This document shows positions 49,816 through 59,278 of a stretch of 64,000 nucleotides of DNA, in pieces. This DNA is from Mobula hypostoma (lineage: Eukaryota). Below the pieces are notes generated by a model. The model saw only the letters and a list, made by a program, of their open reading frames with translations, did not search any database and was not told the origin of the DNA. The stretch lies in assembly GCF_963921235.1 (NCBI RefSeq), contig NC_086097.1, positions 71,736,001-71,800,000 on the forward strand, in the 5' to 3' direction. The position numbers and the translations under genes were made by a program. Numbering within the stretch: position 1 is the first letter of the stretch; every line of letters starts with the position of its first letter.

Positions 49816-50766
49816 TGGACTCTATTACAGGGGATGTTGTGGATGGATCTCTCATCAATTTGTAATTGTCTCTGCCAATCATGCCGCCACAATCCTACTT
49901 TGTTGCATTTTATGCAAGTTTCACCTTTAACCCTGTATCGGTCTGGTGTATGTGAACTCCTGCCCCAACAGCAATCAATTTGTTTAGCCAGGCAGGTTTC
50001 TGTTTAGACGTTACAATTTTGTTCACACTCACTTTCATTCCTGACTGCAAATCAATTGTGTCTCTGGCTACTGTTTCTATTGATATTGCAATTTCAACTG
50101 CTCTTTTAAATATAAGTTGTGCTTCAGTTGGGAGCTGCTTTTGAATGTTTTGTTGTAAGATTTACAAACTAAATTATCTCTCAGTGCATCACTAAGCCCA
50201 TTACCAAACTGGCAATGCTCGGTCAATCTCTTCAATTCAGCTACACATGCTGAAATGGACAGCCCTGCTTTTTGATTTCCCTTATCAGACCTAAAGTATT
50301 CTGCAATCAGCAATGGTTTGAGTTCTAAATGTTCCTGGATGCTTTCACAATATCAGCAAAGCTCATTTCTGCTGGTTTGGTTGGAGCAGTCAAACTCTTA
50401 AGCAAACTGTACGCTTTTATATCCATTGTACTCAGCAAAATTGGCACTCGCTTCTCCTTTACTTTAAAGTACTGCCCAATCCATTCTGTATATAAAATCT
50501 AGCTATCTGTTGTGTAGTCAAACATGTCAATCTTTCTGAAGCAGCCAGCCATTTCTGTTCTTTTCTTAATGATTATTGTCACCTGGTACTCACTGTTTAA
50601 ACAACCTGTGTATTCTTAATTTTTCTGCCTTTTTTTCAGACTTAATTGTATCTTCCCTTTTGAAGAACTCATGCTGAGCTTGTCTTTTTGTTAACTTCAA
50701 CATCTTGCTGCCTTTCCACAGGTAGGTAGTCATCTCTGGTTCGTTTTAAAAATACCTCGTCACTAC
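49816..50766 (-). mobile_element. Second Ty3/Gypsy element: gag remnant with internal deletion
   Basis: ORF 50077..50313 LIAEYFRSDKGNQKAGLSISACVAELKRLTEHCQFGNGLSDALRD; knuckle remnant GRSSHTPDRYRVKGETCIKCNKVG; PBS-like gtagtgacgagg next to the LTR. Confidence 0.8.
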
Positions 50767-51010
50767 TATTATGCTTTGTTACACCAAAACATAAAACTAA
50801 TCAGAAGAAAACAAATGAGTCTCATATGAGATTAACTTCATTTTTTACTTTAAGTGAAGTGCACAATAATTCCTGGTACTGTTGTGATGCATGCAATTCA
50901 CTTAATTTTGTATAGAACCTGTAATTAATTACTTAAACAAACAAGAATGCATAAACAACAACATATTTACAAGTTTTCTCAAATATTACTGAAGTAATAA
51001 ATACACAACA
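50767..51010 (-). repeat. 5' LTR of the minus-strand Gypsy element (244 bp)
   Basis: Minus strand starts TGTTGTG and ends cataata, immediately followed by the PBS-like gtagtgacgagg. Confidence 0.65.
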
Positions 51011-53119
51011 AGGTGGTGGGTTAAAGATCTAGTTTCTCCGCAGTCCATCCTGGTGACTCTATTGAAGCAAATTCCTTCCCCATCTGAATCACTGAGCTAA
51101 GAGAGATGTCTTTTGCGTTAACATTTTCTCTCTCTTGGAGGAAGATACACGTGATGCTGGGCATTTTATAACTGGCATGGTGGGCAATCTGTAAACACTG
51201 GCTCAATTGCTATGACCTCTTTCAGGCTTAATGGAATTCTTCATCAGTAGTGAAATATTGGATGGCGTCTGAAGGATATCCATGGGTACGCAGTCAACAG
51301 CTTACAGCCAAGTGTACAACTACTCTGATTCAATGACAGAGAAGAGCTGATGCGATAATCAGCCTCAGCAAAGGGTCCTGGAGCAGCTTTCATGCAAGGC
51401 ATCCAACCAATATTGGGCACAAACAGAGCTCTGACAGACTCTAAGACATGCGAAGCCCAAATCACAAAGGAGCTGTGACTTTTGGTCTTGAGATGTTGCA
51501 GTGCTAATATGGGAGATATGTACATATGCAAATTGATTCCAAACCCCCTGATGTGTTTGTAATAAAGAATTCCAGTAAGGCCCCAAGAGCCTATAGCAGC
51601 TGACTGAGTGCTTGCAGATGTACACACAGATTGTCCACCATCCCGGCAGGAAGAGGCATAGTACAGATACATGACAGCGTGTGTGTTTTCCTGCGGGAGA
51701 GACAGATTGTGGACACACAGGAATAGAGTGAAAGGACCTGCAGAGTCAGTTATGGAGTTCAGCAAAGCCTATCACTTGACTGACAGCTGGAAGAATAGCT
51801 TGTAGCCATTGCAAGTGGATGGCCAGTGCAACAGTCCTGACTCATACTTGCACATATGAGATGAGCTCAGCAACTCTGGCGGATTACTCTTTAGAGCTGA
51901 AAATCTGCCAGCATCATAACCAAGAGGAGGGAAATGCCAAAGCACACATAACTGGAGAGTACATCTGAGGAAATTTTGTCGGATTCTGAAAGGACCAGGA
52001 ATGAATGCAGAAGTTAAAATCTCCGAACGAAAGGTATGATGTGTTGAGAGTTATGGAGGCAAGGAACCAATTGCTTGGCAAGAGGTGTCTGATGGTGCCT
52101 GAATGAGTGTTCCCTCCATGCCATGGCTGAGACTATAAAAAACCAAGGGCAATTGATACTTCCTGGGAACCGACTACTTCAATTCAACCACATCTTCAGC
52201 AGCTGTTGACAAACTGAAGGCTTAAGTTGATAGGTACGATCATCAGCCAATGGCACACATTTTGCCACAGATGAATTTGAAAATTTTGACATGAAATAGG
52301 AATTAACTCGCCAAAAAGCATGATTACAATATTCACAGTTCAGTGGAAAGTTGGAGAATACCATAGGACCGGCCTGGTCACTTCGTAGAAAGGCAAAAGC
52401 AGCTTGTAATGATGCTTGCCACAATATTTGACAGTAGGTCGACACCAGGGCTCACTTCCAGCACAATCCAGAGACAGTTAAACTGTTGGACCAGAACCAC
52501 ATTCTAATTTCAAAGTGGCAAAACCAAAATCCCATATGGATAATAAGGAGATGTCAGCTATGGAAATGTCTCCTCTTAAATCAGGTGAGATCAAGAGAAT
52601 CCAACCAAGCCAACAGCAAGAGAGATGGAAGAAGGTAACAGTCATCAGGTAGTTGATACAACATATAATTTATGAGGTGAAGACTGAGCAAGGTGTTACC
52701 ACAGGTGCAGATGTCATCTGAGGAAGACCGCAAAAGATGTTTGAGGGACAGAAAGCGATGCTGAATTAAAAGAGGAAACTGCTTAACACTTGCCACAGAA
52801 GAACATCATAACTCAACTGGGTCTCAAATATACATCAACTAGGAATCTGACATACTTTGTGCTGAGGAGAAAAGGAATAAAGCTGTTGGATCAGACACTT
52901 ATCTTCAATGCTATGCTTAAAGTACAGCAGTTTCTGTTAAGAAATGCTTTATATTGCATGGCCATTAATACACTAAAGTTTTTGGATTTACCAGAGAGGT
53001 GGGAGTACTGAATCTTCGTTGAATCATATGGTGAAATAATAAACACTCTTCCATGAATATAAAAAGCAAGATGCAAGGGATGTTGTGCCATTTATTGCCA
53101 CCTCATGGTAAAACAAATG

Positions 53120-53510
53120 GTTCAAATGTTCAAATGGTTCCATTTATTAACGGAGAATGTGTACAGTATACAACCCAAAATACTTGTCTTCACAGACATC
53201 CATAAAAAACAGAAGAACCCCAAAGCCCCCCTCCCCTCGGTCATGCAAGCAGCAGCAGAAATATTCAACCTCTCCCCTGCCCGTTTCAGCAAAAAGTGTC
53301 TGCGCCCACCACCCTCCAAGTAACAGTAAAGCACCCAAATAGAGACCATGATCTGCAGTCATCAAAAACTATTGCTTACCCAGCAGTTCGACATGCCACA
53401 GGCTCTTTCATTCACTAACAAGGCACAAGAGATATCACCCATTTTCACTGCAAAAGTGAGACTGAAAGTAGCTGTTACTATATTGCAGTCTGCAGCGTTG
53501 CCTATTGTAA
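53120..53510 (-). mobile_element. Non-coding retroposon fragment related to 54210-57885
   Basis: ttcaaatgttcaaatgg tail and ccccaaagcccccctcccctc..catgcaagcagcagc, shared with 57210-57260. Confidence 0.55.
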
Positions 53511-53889
53511 GTTCTAAGTATTAAGAGATCATAGGGTATAGCAAAGATGGAGGACAGCAACATTGCAGGCTTGTAGGTAGCTCAGCTCTCGACCTGTCAC
53601 CAAGAATCCTCAGAATATGTTCATGAGTACTTTACTTAAACAAAGGATAGCTACTGGTGCAACATATAGAAAGCATTATTTGCATCTTCTGGTTATGTGG
53701 CATAACTTCATACTGTTCTCAAAATTTAATCAATAAATTTGAATGGAGGAGGAGGAGAAGCAGCTTGCGCGGCCACTCTGGTGAATGATATCTATAATCT
53801 GTCAAGTAGGGTGCCGTGCACAATCCTGATTTGATGGAGACAGACGTGAGAGTACGGAGGAACATCTGGAGAAACTTCTTAAATGCTTC

Positions 53890-54209
53890 CTTTGGGGGGG
53901 TGGGGGGGGGTGTGGAATCTAGGACCAGAAGACACGGCCTCAAAATAGAGATATTTCCATTTTGAACAGAATGAGAAGGAATCCCTTGAGGCAGAGGGAA
54001 GTTAACCTGTGGAATTCATTACCACAGGCAGCTGTGGAGACCTGGTCACTGGGTACGTTTAAGGTCTAGGTTGATTAGTCAGGGTGTGAAAGGTTATGGG
54101 GAGAAGGCAGGAGAATTGGTCAGCTGTCAGAGAAAGGATCAGCTGTGATCAGACAGTGGGCAGAATTGAATGGCCTAATTCTGTTCCTATGCCTTGTGGT
54201 CTATGGTCT
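53890..54209 (+). mobile_element. CR1 3' end
   Basis: gaatctaggaccagaagacacggcctcaaaatagag...ggcctaattctgttcctatg. Confidence 0.75.
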
Positions 54210-54241
54210 CAAAGGTTTCAAAGGTACATTTAATATCAGAG

Positions 54242-57107
54242 AACATAGAACATAGAATAGTACAGCACAGTACAGGCCCTTCGGCCCACAATGTTGTGCC
54301 GACCCTCAAACCCTGCCTCCCATATAAGTCCCCACCTTAGATTCCTCCATATACCTGTCTAGTAGTCTCTTAAACTTCACTAGAGTATCTGCCTCCACCA
54401 TTGACTCAGGCAGGCATTCCACGCACCAACCACTCTCTGAGTAAAAAACCTTCCTCTAATATCCCCCCTTGAACTTCCCACCCCTTACCTTAAAGCCATG
54501 TCCTCTTGTATTGAGCAGTGGTGCCCTGGAGAAGAGGCGATGGCTATCCACTCTATCTATTCCTCTTATTATTTTGTACACCTCTATCATGTCTCAAAAG
54601 AGTAAAGCCCTAGCTCCCTTAATCTCTGAACATAATGCATACTTTCTAAACCAGGCAGCATCCTGGTAAATCTCCTCTGTACCCTTTCCAATGCATCCAC
54701 ATCCTTCCTATAGTGAGGTGACCAGAACTGGACACAGTACTCCAAGTGTGGCCTAACCAGAGTTTTATAGAGCTGCATCATTACATCGCGACTCTTAAAC
54801 TCTATCCCTCGACTTATGAAAGCTAATACCCCAAAAGCTTTCTTAACTACCCTATCCACCTGTGAGGCAACTTTCAGGGATCTGTGGACATGTACCCTGA
54901 GATTCCTATGCTCCTCCACACTACCAAGTATCCTGCCATTTACTTTATACTCTGCCTTGGAGTCTGTCCTTCCAAAGTGTACCACCTCACTCTTCTCCGG
55001 GTTGAACTCCATCTGCCACTTCTCAGCCCAGTTCTGTATCCTATCAATGTCTCTCTGAAATCTTTGACAATCCTCTACACTATCTACAACACCACCAACC
55101 TTTGTGTCGTCTGCAAACTTGCCAACCCACCCTTCTACCCCCACATCCAGGTCATTAATAAAAATCACAAAAAGTAGAGGTCCCAGACCAGATCCGTGTG
55201 GGACACCACTAGTCACAATCCTCCAATCTGAATGTACTCCCTCCACCACCACCCTCTGCCTTCTGCAGGCAAGCCAATTCTGAATCCACCTGGCCAAACT
55301 TTCCTGGATCTCATGCCTTCTAACTTTCTGAATAAGCCTACCGTGTGGAACCTTGTCAAATGCCTTACTAAAATCCATATAGATCACATCCACTGCACTA
55401 CCCTCATCTATATGTCTGGTCACCTCCTCAAAGAACTCTATCAGGCTTGTTAGACACGATCTGCCCTTCACAAAGCCATGCTGACTGTCCCTGATCAGAC
55501 CATGATTCTCTAAATGCCTATAGACCCTATCTCTAAGAATCTTTTTCAACAGCTCTCCCACCACAGACATAAGGCTCACTGGTCTATAATTACCCGGACT
55601 ATCCCTACTACCTTTTTTGAACAAGGGAACAACATTCGCCTCCCTCCAATCCTCCGGTACCATTCCCGTGGACAACGAGGACATAAAGGTCCTAGCCAGA
55701 GGCTCAGCAATCTCTTCTCTTGCCTCGTGGAGCAGCCTGGGGAATATTTCGTCAGGACCCGGGGACTTATCTGTCCTAATGTATTTTAACAACTCCAACA
55801 CCTCCTCTCCCTTAATATCAACATGCTCCAGAACATCAACCTCACTCATATTGTCCTCACCATCATCAAGTTCCCTCTTATTGATGAATACTGAAGAGAA
55901 GTATTCATTGAGGACCTCGTTCACTTCCACAGCCTCCAGGCACATCTTCCCACCTTTATCTCTAATCGGTCCTACCTTCACTCCTGTCATCCTTTTTTTC
56001 TTCACATAATTGAAGAATGCTTTGGGGTTTTCCTTTACCCTATTCGCCAAGGCCTTCTCATGCCCCCTTCTTGCTCTTCTCAGCCCCTTCTTAAGCTCCT
56101 TTCTTGCTTCCCTATATTCCTCAATAGAACCATCTGATCCTTGCTTCCTAAACCTCATGTATGCTGCCTTCTTCCACCTGACTAGATTTTCCACTTCACT
56201 TGTCACCCATGGTTCCTTCACACTACCACTCTTTATCTTCCTCACCGGGACAAATTTATCCCTTACATCCCGCAAGAGATCTCTAAACATCGACCACATG
56301 TCCATAGTACATTTCCCTGCAAAAACATCATCCCAATTCACACCCGCAAGTTCTAGCCTTATAGCCTCATAATTTGCCTTTCCCCAATTAAAAATTTTCC
56401 TGTCCTCTTTGATTCTATCCTTTTCCATGATAATTATGAAGGCCAGGAAGCGGTGGTCACTGTCTCCCAGATGCTCACCCACTGAGAGATCTGTGACCCG
56501 ACCCAGTTCATTACCTAGTACTGGATCTAGTATGGCATTCCCCCTGGTCGGCCTGTCCACATACTGTGACAGGAATCCATCCTGGACACACTTAACAAAT
56601 TCTGCCCCATCTAAACCCTTGGAACTAATCAGGTGCCAATCAATATTAGGGAAGTTAAAGTCACCCATGATAACAACCCTGTTATTTTTGCACCTTTCCA
56701 AAATCTGCCTCCCAATCTGCTCCTCTGTATCTCTGCTGCTACCAGGGGGCCTATAGAATACCCCCAGTAGAGTAACTGCTCCCTTCCTGTTCCTGACTTC
56801 CACCCATATTGACTCAAAAGAGGATCCTGCTACATTACCCACCCTTTCTGTAGCTGTAATAGTATCCATGACCAGTAATGTCACCCCTCCTCCCCTTTTT
56901 CTGCCCTCTCTATCCCTTTTAAAGCACTGAAATCCAGGAATATTGAGAATCCATTCCTGCCCTGGTGCCAGCCAGGTCTCTGTAATGGCCACTATATCAT
57001 AATTCCATGTATGTATCCAAGCTCTCAGTTCATCACCTTTGTTCTTGATGCTTCTTGCATTGAGGTACACACATTTCAGCCCTTCTACCTTACTGTCTTT
57101 ATACCGT
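54242..57107 (-). mobile_element. Young CR1 LINE with near-complete ORF2
   Basis: (acatagaa)n tail at 54242-54257; continuous ORF2. Confidence 0.95.
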
Positions 57108-57166
57108 AAAGACAGAAATTTATGCAAAATACATCCTGAAATACTTTTTTCTTTGCAACCATCCAC
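54587..57166 (-). CDS. CR1 ORF2 APE endonuclease-reverse transcriptase (859-aa ORF; first residues come from flanking DNA; C-terminus frameshifted)
   Basis: APE motifs YLNARS, ITETW, YRPP, GDFN, SDH; RT motifs YMDFSKAFD, GVPHGSGLGP, KFADD. Confidence 0.9.
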   Translation of the reverse strand: MDGCKEKSISGCILHKFLSLRYKDSKVEGLKCVYLNARSIKNKGDELRAWIHTWNYDIVAITETWLAPGQEWILNIPGFQCFKRDREGRKRGGGVTLLVMDTITATERVGNVAGSSFESIWVEVRNRKGAVTLLGVFYRPPGSSRDTEEQIGRQILERCKNNRVVIMGDFNFPNIDWHLISSKGLDGAEFVKCVQDGFLSQYVDRPTRGNAILDPVLGNELGRVTDLSVGEHLGDSDHRFLAFIIIMEKDRIKEDRKIFNWGKANYEAIRLELAGVNWDDVFAGKCTMDMWSMFRDLLRDVRDKFVPVRKIKSGSVKEPWVTSEVENLVRWKKAAYMRFRKQGSDGSIEEYREARKELKKGLRRARRGHEKALANRVKENPKAFFNYVKKKRMTGVKVGPIRDKGGKMCLEAVEVNEVLNEYFSSVFINKRELDDGEDNMSEVDVLEHVDIKGEEVLELLKYIRTDKSPGPDEIFPRLLHEAREEIAEPLARTFMSSLSTGMVPEDWREANVVPLFKKGSRDSPGNYRPVSLMSVVGELLKKILRDRVYRHLENHGLIRDSQHGFVKGRSCLTSLIEFFEEVTRHIDEGSAVDVIYMDFSKAFDKVPHGRLIQKVRRHEIQESLARWIQNWLACRRQRVVVEGVHSDWRIVTSGVPHGSGLGPLLFVIFINDLDVGVEGWVGKFADDTKVGGVVDSVEDCQRFQRDIDRIQNWAEKWQMEFNPEKSEVVHFGRTDSKAEYKVNGRILGSVEEHRNLRVHVHRSLKVASQVDRVVKKAFGVLAFISRGIEFKSRDVMMQLYKTLVRPHLEYCVQFWSPHYRKDVDALERVQRRFTRMLPGLESMHYVQRLRELGLYSFET

Positions 57167-58079
57167 GAAAACAGTGCCCCAAAGAATGAATGACAGTTAA
57201 ATGTTAGAACCCCCAAAGTACCCCCAGCTTCCCTCCCTCCAGCATGTAAGCAGCAGCAAAGCAATGATCCCCCTCCCCCCATCAGCAAAAAAAAGAATCA
57301 GTACCCACCACGGGGCACTCAAGCGTGCAGCAAAGCAACAGCAAAGACACATACTTGCAGTACCCCAAAGACTACTCGTTCACCCGGTAATCGACTTACC
57401 ACAGGCTCTCTCTCTCTCTCTAAGAAGGGAGAAAGCGATATCTCTGTTTCACAGCGAGAGGCGAAACATAACAAACAACTTGCTGGTTTAAGATGATAAC
57501 AGTCCGTTGTGTCGCTTTTTCTGAGCTCTGTGCCCAAAGGTCTCGGGTCTCTGGGCACACAGCCAGAGATATTCTGACTCCCACGGCACACTGATTTCCT
57601 GCCGGGACACCGACCTTTGATCCGCCCGTCTCCAGAGTCATGAGATCCCGAGCCTCTGAAAGCGTGTTAAGCTCTTAGGCTGCATCCTTGGCATGTCGGA
57701 TAACGGCCAGTCATGAAACCCCAAGAGCAGGTCCCATTCCCACAAAGAACCGACATCAGCATGTAACTCCAGGTCAGGGTCTTCAAAAGAACCCTGAAAA
57801 GGAAAAATAGAGAGAATAACGAAGGAAATAGAGCTGTTTCTGAAGATACAAGCAAAGGAGTCGTCATTTTGTGCCATCATAACTAAGCTCTGCCCTCTTC
57901 CTCATAATTAAGATCTCAATATATGTTTCATTTAAATTCAAATTTAGAGGGTTCCCTGGTCTCCCTCCCCTAAGTGTGACTAACAGCACCGGGTTGATGT
58001 GTGCTGTCATTTCTCCATGGAAAACAGTTAAATGCTCTTTTTAGTCGGAATCAGGTGTAAATCGCAAATACTCAGTAAA

Positions 58080-58365
58080 TTAGGTATCCTTAGTCAGCAC
58101 CTTCCAAACTGACAACCTCAAAGGTCACGTGCAGCAAAAACTGGAGGACTCCGCCACTTGGAATTTGCCTTACAAGCCACATGCCATCCTGACTTAGAAA
58201 TATTCCACCATTCCTTCACTGTTACTGGGTCAAAGTTCTGGAACTCTCTGCTGAATGACATGTTGGATGCAGCAGTTCAACAAGACGCCCAAACTCAGGC
58301 AACTAAGAAGGTCCTCTTAAGTCTTCCTCCGCCTGCAAAAGCCACATTGCTGGAATGAATGGAAA
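58080..58365 (+). mobile_element. Old CR1/L2-like 3' end
   Basis: catcctgacttagaaatattc..ttccttcactgttactgggtcaaagttctggaactc, resembling chondrichthyan LINE 3' ends as I recall them. Confidence 0.5.
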
Positions 58366-58479
58366 ATACAATAATATACAAAGAGAGAGGAAATGAATTA
58401 ACATGACAGGTTTCTGCATGTAACATACATAAAAATTGCTGGTGAACACAGCAGGTCAGGCATCTCTAGGAAGAGGTAC

Positions 58480-58515
58480 AGTTGACATTTCGGGCCGAGA
58501 CCCTTCGTCAGGACT
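58480..58515 (-). ncRNA. Minimal type-I hammerhead ribozyme motif with CpG-type decay
   Basis: Minus strand agtc CTGACGA a ggg tctcgg ccc GAAA tgtc aact. Confidence 0.55.
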
Positions 58516-58740
58516 AACTAAAAGAAGAGCTAGTAAGAGATGTGAAAGTAGGAGGGGGAGGGGGAGGCCAGAAATGATAGGAGAAGGCAGGAGGGGGAGG
58601 GATGAAGCTAAGAACTGGACAGTTCATTGGCAAAAGGGATATGAGAGGATCATGGGACAGGAGGCCTAGGGAGAAAGAAAGGGGCAGGGGAAGCCCAGCG
58701 GCTGGGCAAGGAGTATAGTGAGAGGGACAGAGGAAGAAAA

Positions 58741-58742
<2 letters not shown>

Positions 58743-58816
<74 letters not shown>
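58743..58816. repeat. (GA)n microsatellite
   Basis: Perfect GA dinucleotide run inside the left Penelope arm. Confidence 0.97.
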
Positions 58817-58819
<3 letters not shown>

Positions 58820-59243
58820 AATAAATAAATAACGGCTGGGGTACAAAGGGGAGGTGGGGCATTAACAGATGTTAGAGAAGTCAATGTTCATGCCATCAGG
58901 TTGGAGGCTACCCAGACAGAATATAAGGTGTTGTTCCTCCAACGTGATGGCATGAACATTGACTTCTCTAATTTCCGTTAATGCCCCACCGTACCCCTCC
59001 GTTATTTATTTATTTACTCTCTCTCCTTCTGTCCCTCTCACTATAATTCTTGCCCATCCTCTGGGCTTCCCCCCCACCTTTCTTTCTCCCTAGGCCTCCC
59101 ATCCCATGATCCTCTTGTATCACTTTTGCCAATCAACTTTCCAGCTCGAAGCTGTATCCCTCCCTCTCCTGTCTTCTCCTATCATTTCTGATCAGCCCCT
59201 CCCCATCTCTCTTTCAAATCTCTTACTATCTCTTCTTTCAGTT

Positions 59244-59278
59244 AGTCCTGACGAAGGGTCTCGGCCCGAAACGTCGAC
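59244..59278 (+). ncRNA. Intact minimal type-I hammerhead ribozyme motif
   Basis: Stem I gtc/gac; core CUGACGA plus extra A; stem II GGG-UCUCGG-CCC; GAAA; palindromic stem III ACGU; GUC cleavage triplet ending at 59275. Confidence 0.75.

Larger units (their letters stand above)
45250..52800 (+). mobile_element. Ancient, decayed Ty3/Gypsy provirus (gag-PR-RT-RH-IN), interrupted by younger insertions
   Basis: gag LDKVLKAFQLYC...FNTYLIEPKLLAANCDSANQRDSL (about 45360-45550); zinc knuckle YCGK*HERQKEICPAGEEKCHKCK (about 46920-46995); protease-like FYVDYAKTCNSL (about 47209-47245); RNase H SKGPGAAFMQGIQP..NRALTDSKTCEAQITKE (about 51365-51475); integrase remnants (about 52180-52500). Confidence 0.75.
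54210..57885 (-). mobile_element. Non-coding retroposon (54210-54241 plus 57108-57885) split by a CR1
   Basis: Tail caaaggtttcaaaggtacatttaat; body resumes after the CR1; minus-strand 5' end near gatggcacaaaatgacgactcc; second copy at 53120-53510. Confidence 0.55.

Noticed and set aside
51244..51765. 173-aa minus-strand ORF
   Set aside because: Antisense to the decayed Gypsy RNase H region; no independent homology recognised
54816..56756. Several + strand ORFs of 73-130 aa
   Set aside because: Antisense shadows of the CR1 ORF2
58514..58884. ORFs with SLSLSL repeats
   Set aside because: Translation of the (GA)n microsatellite
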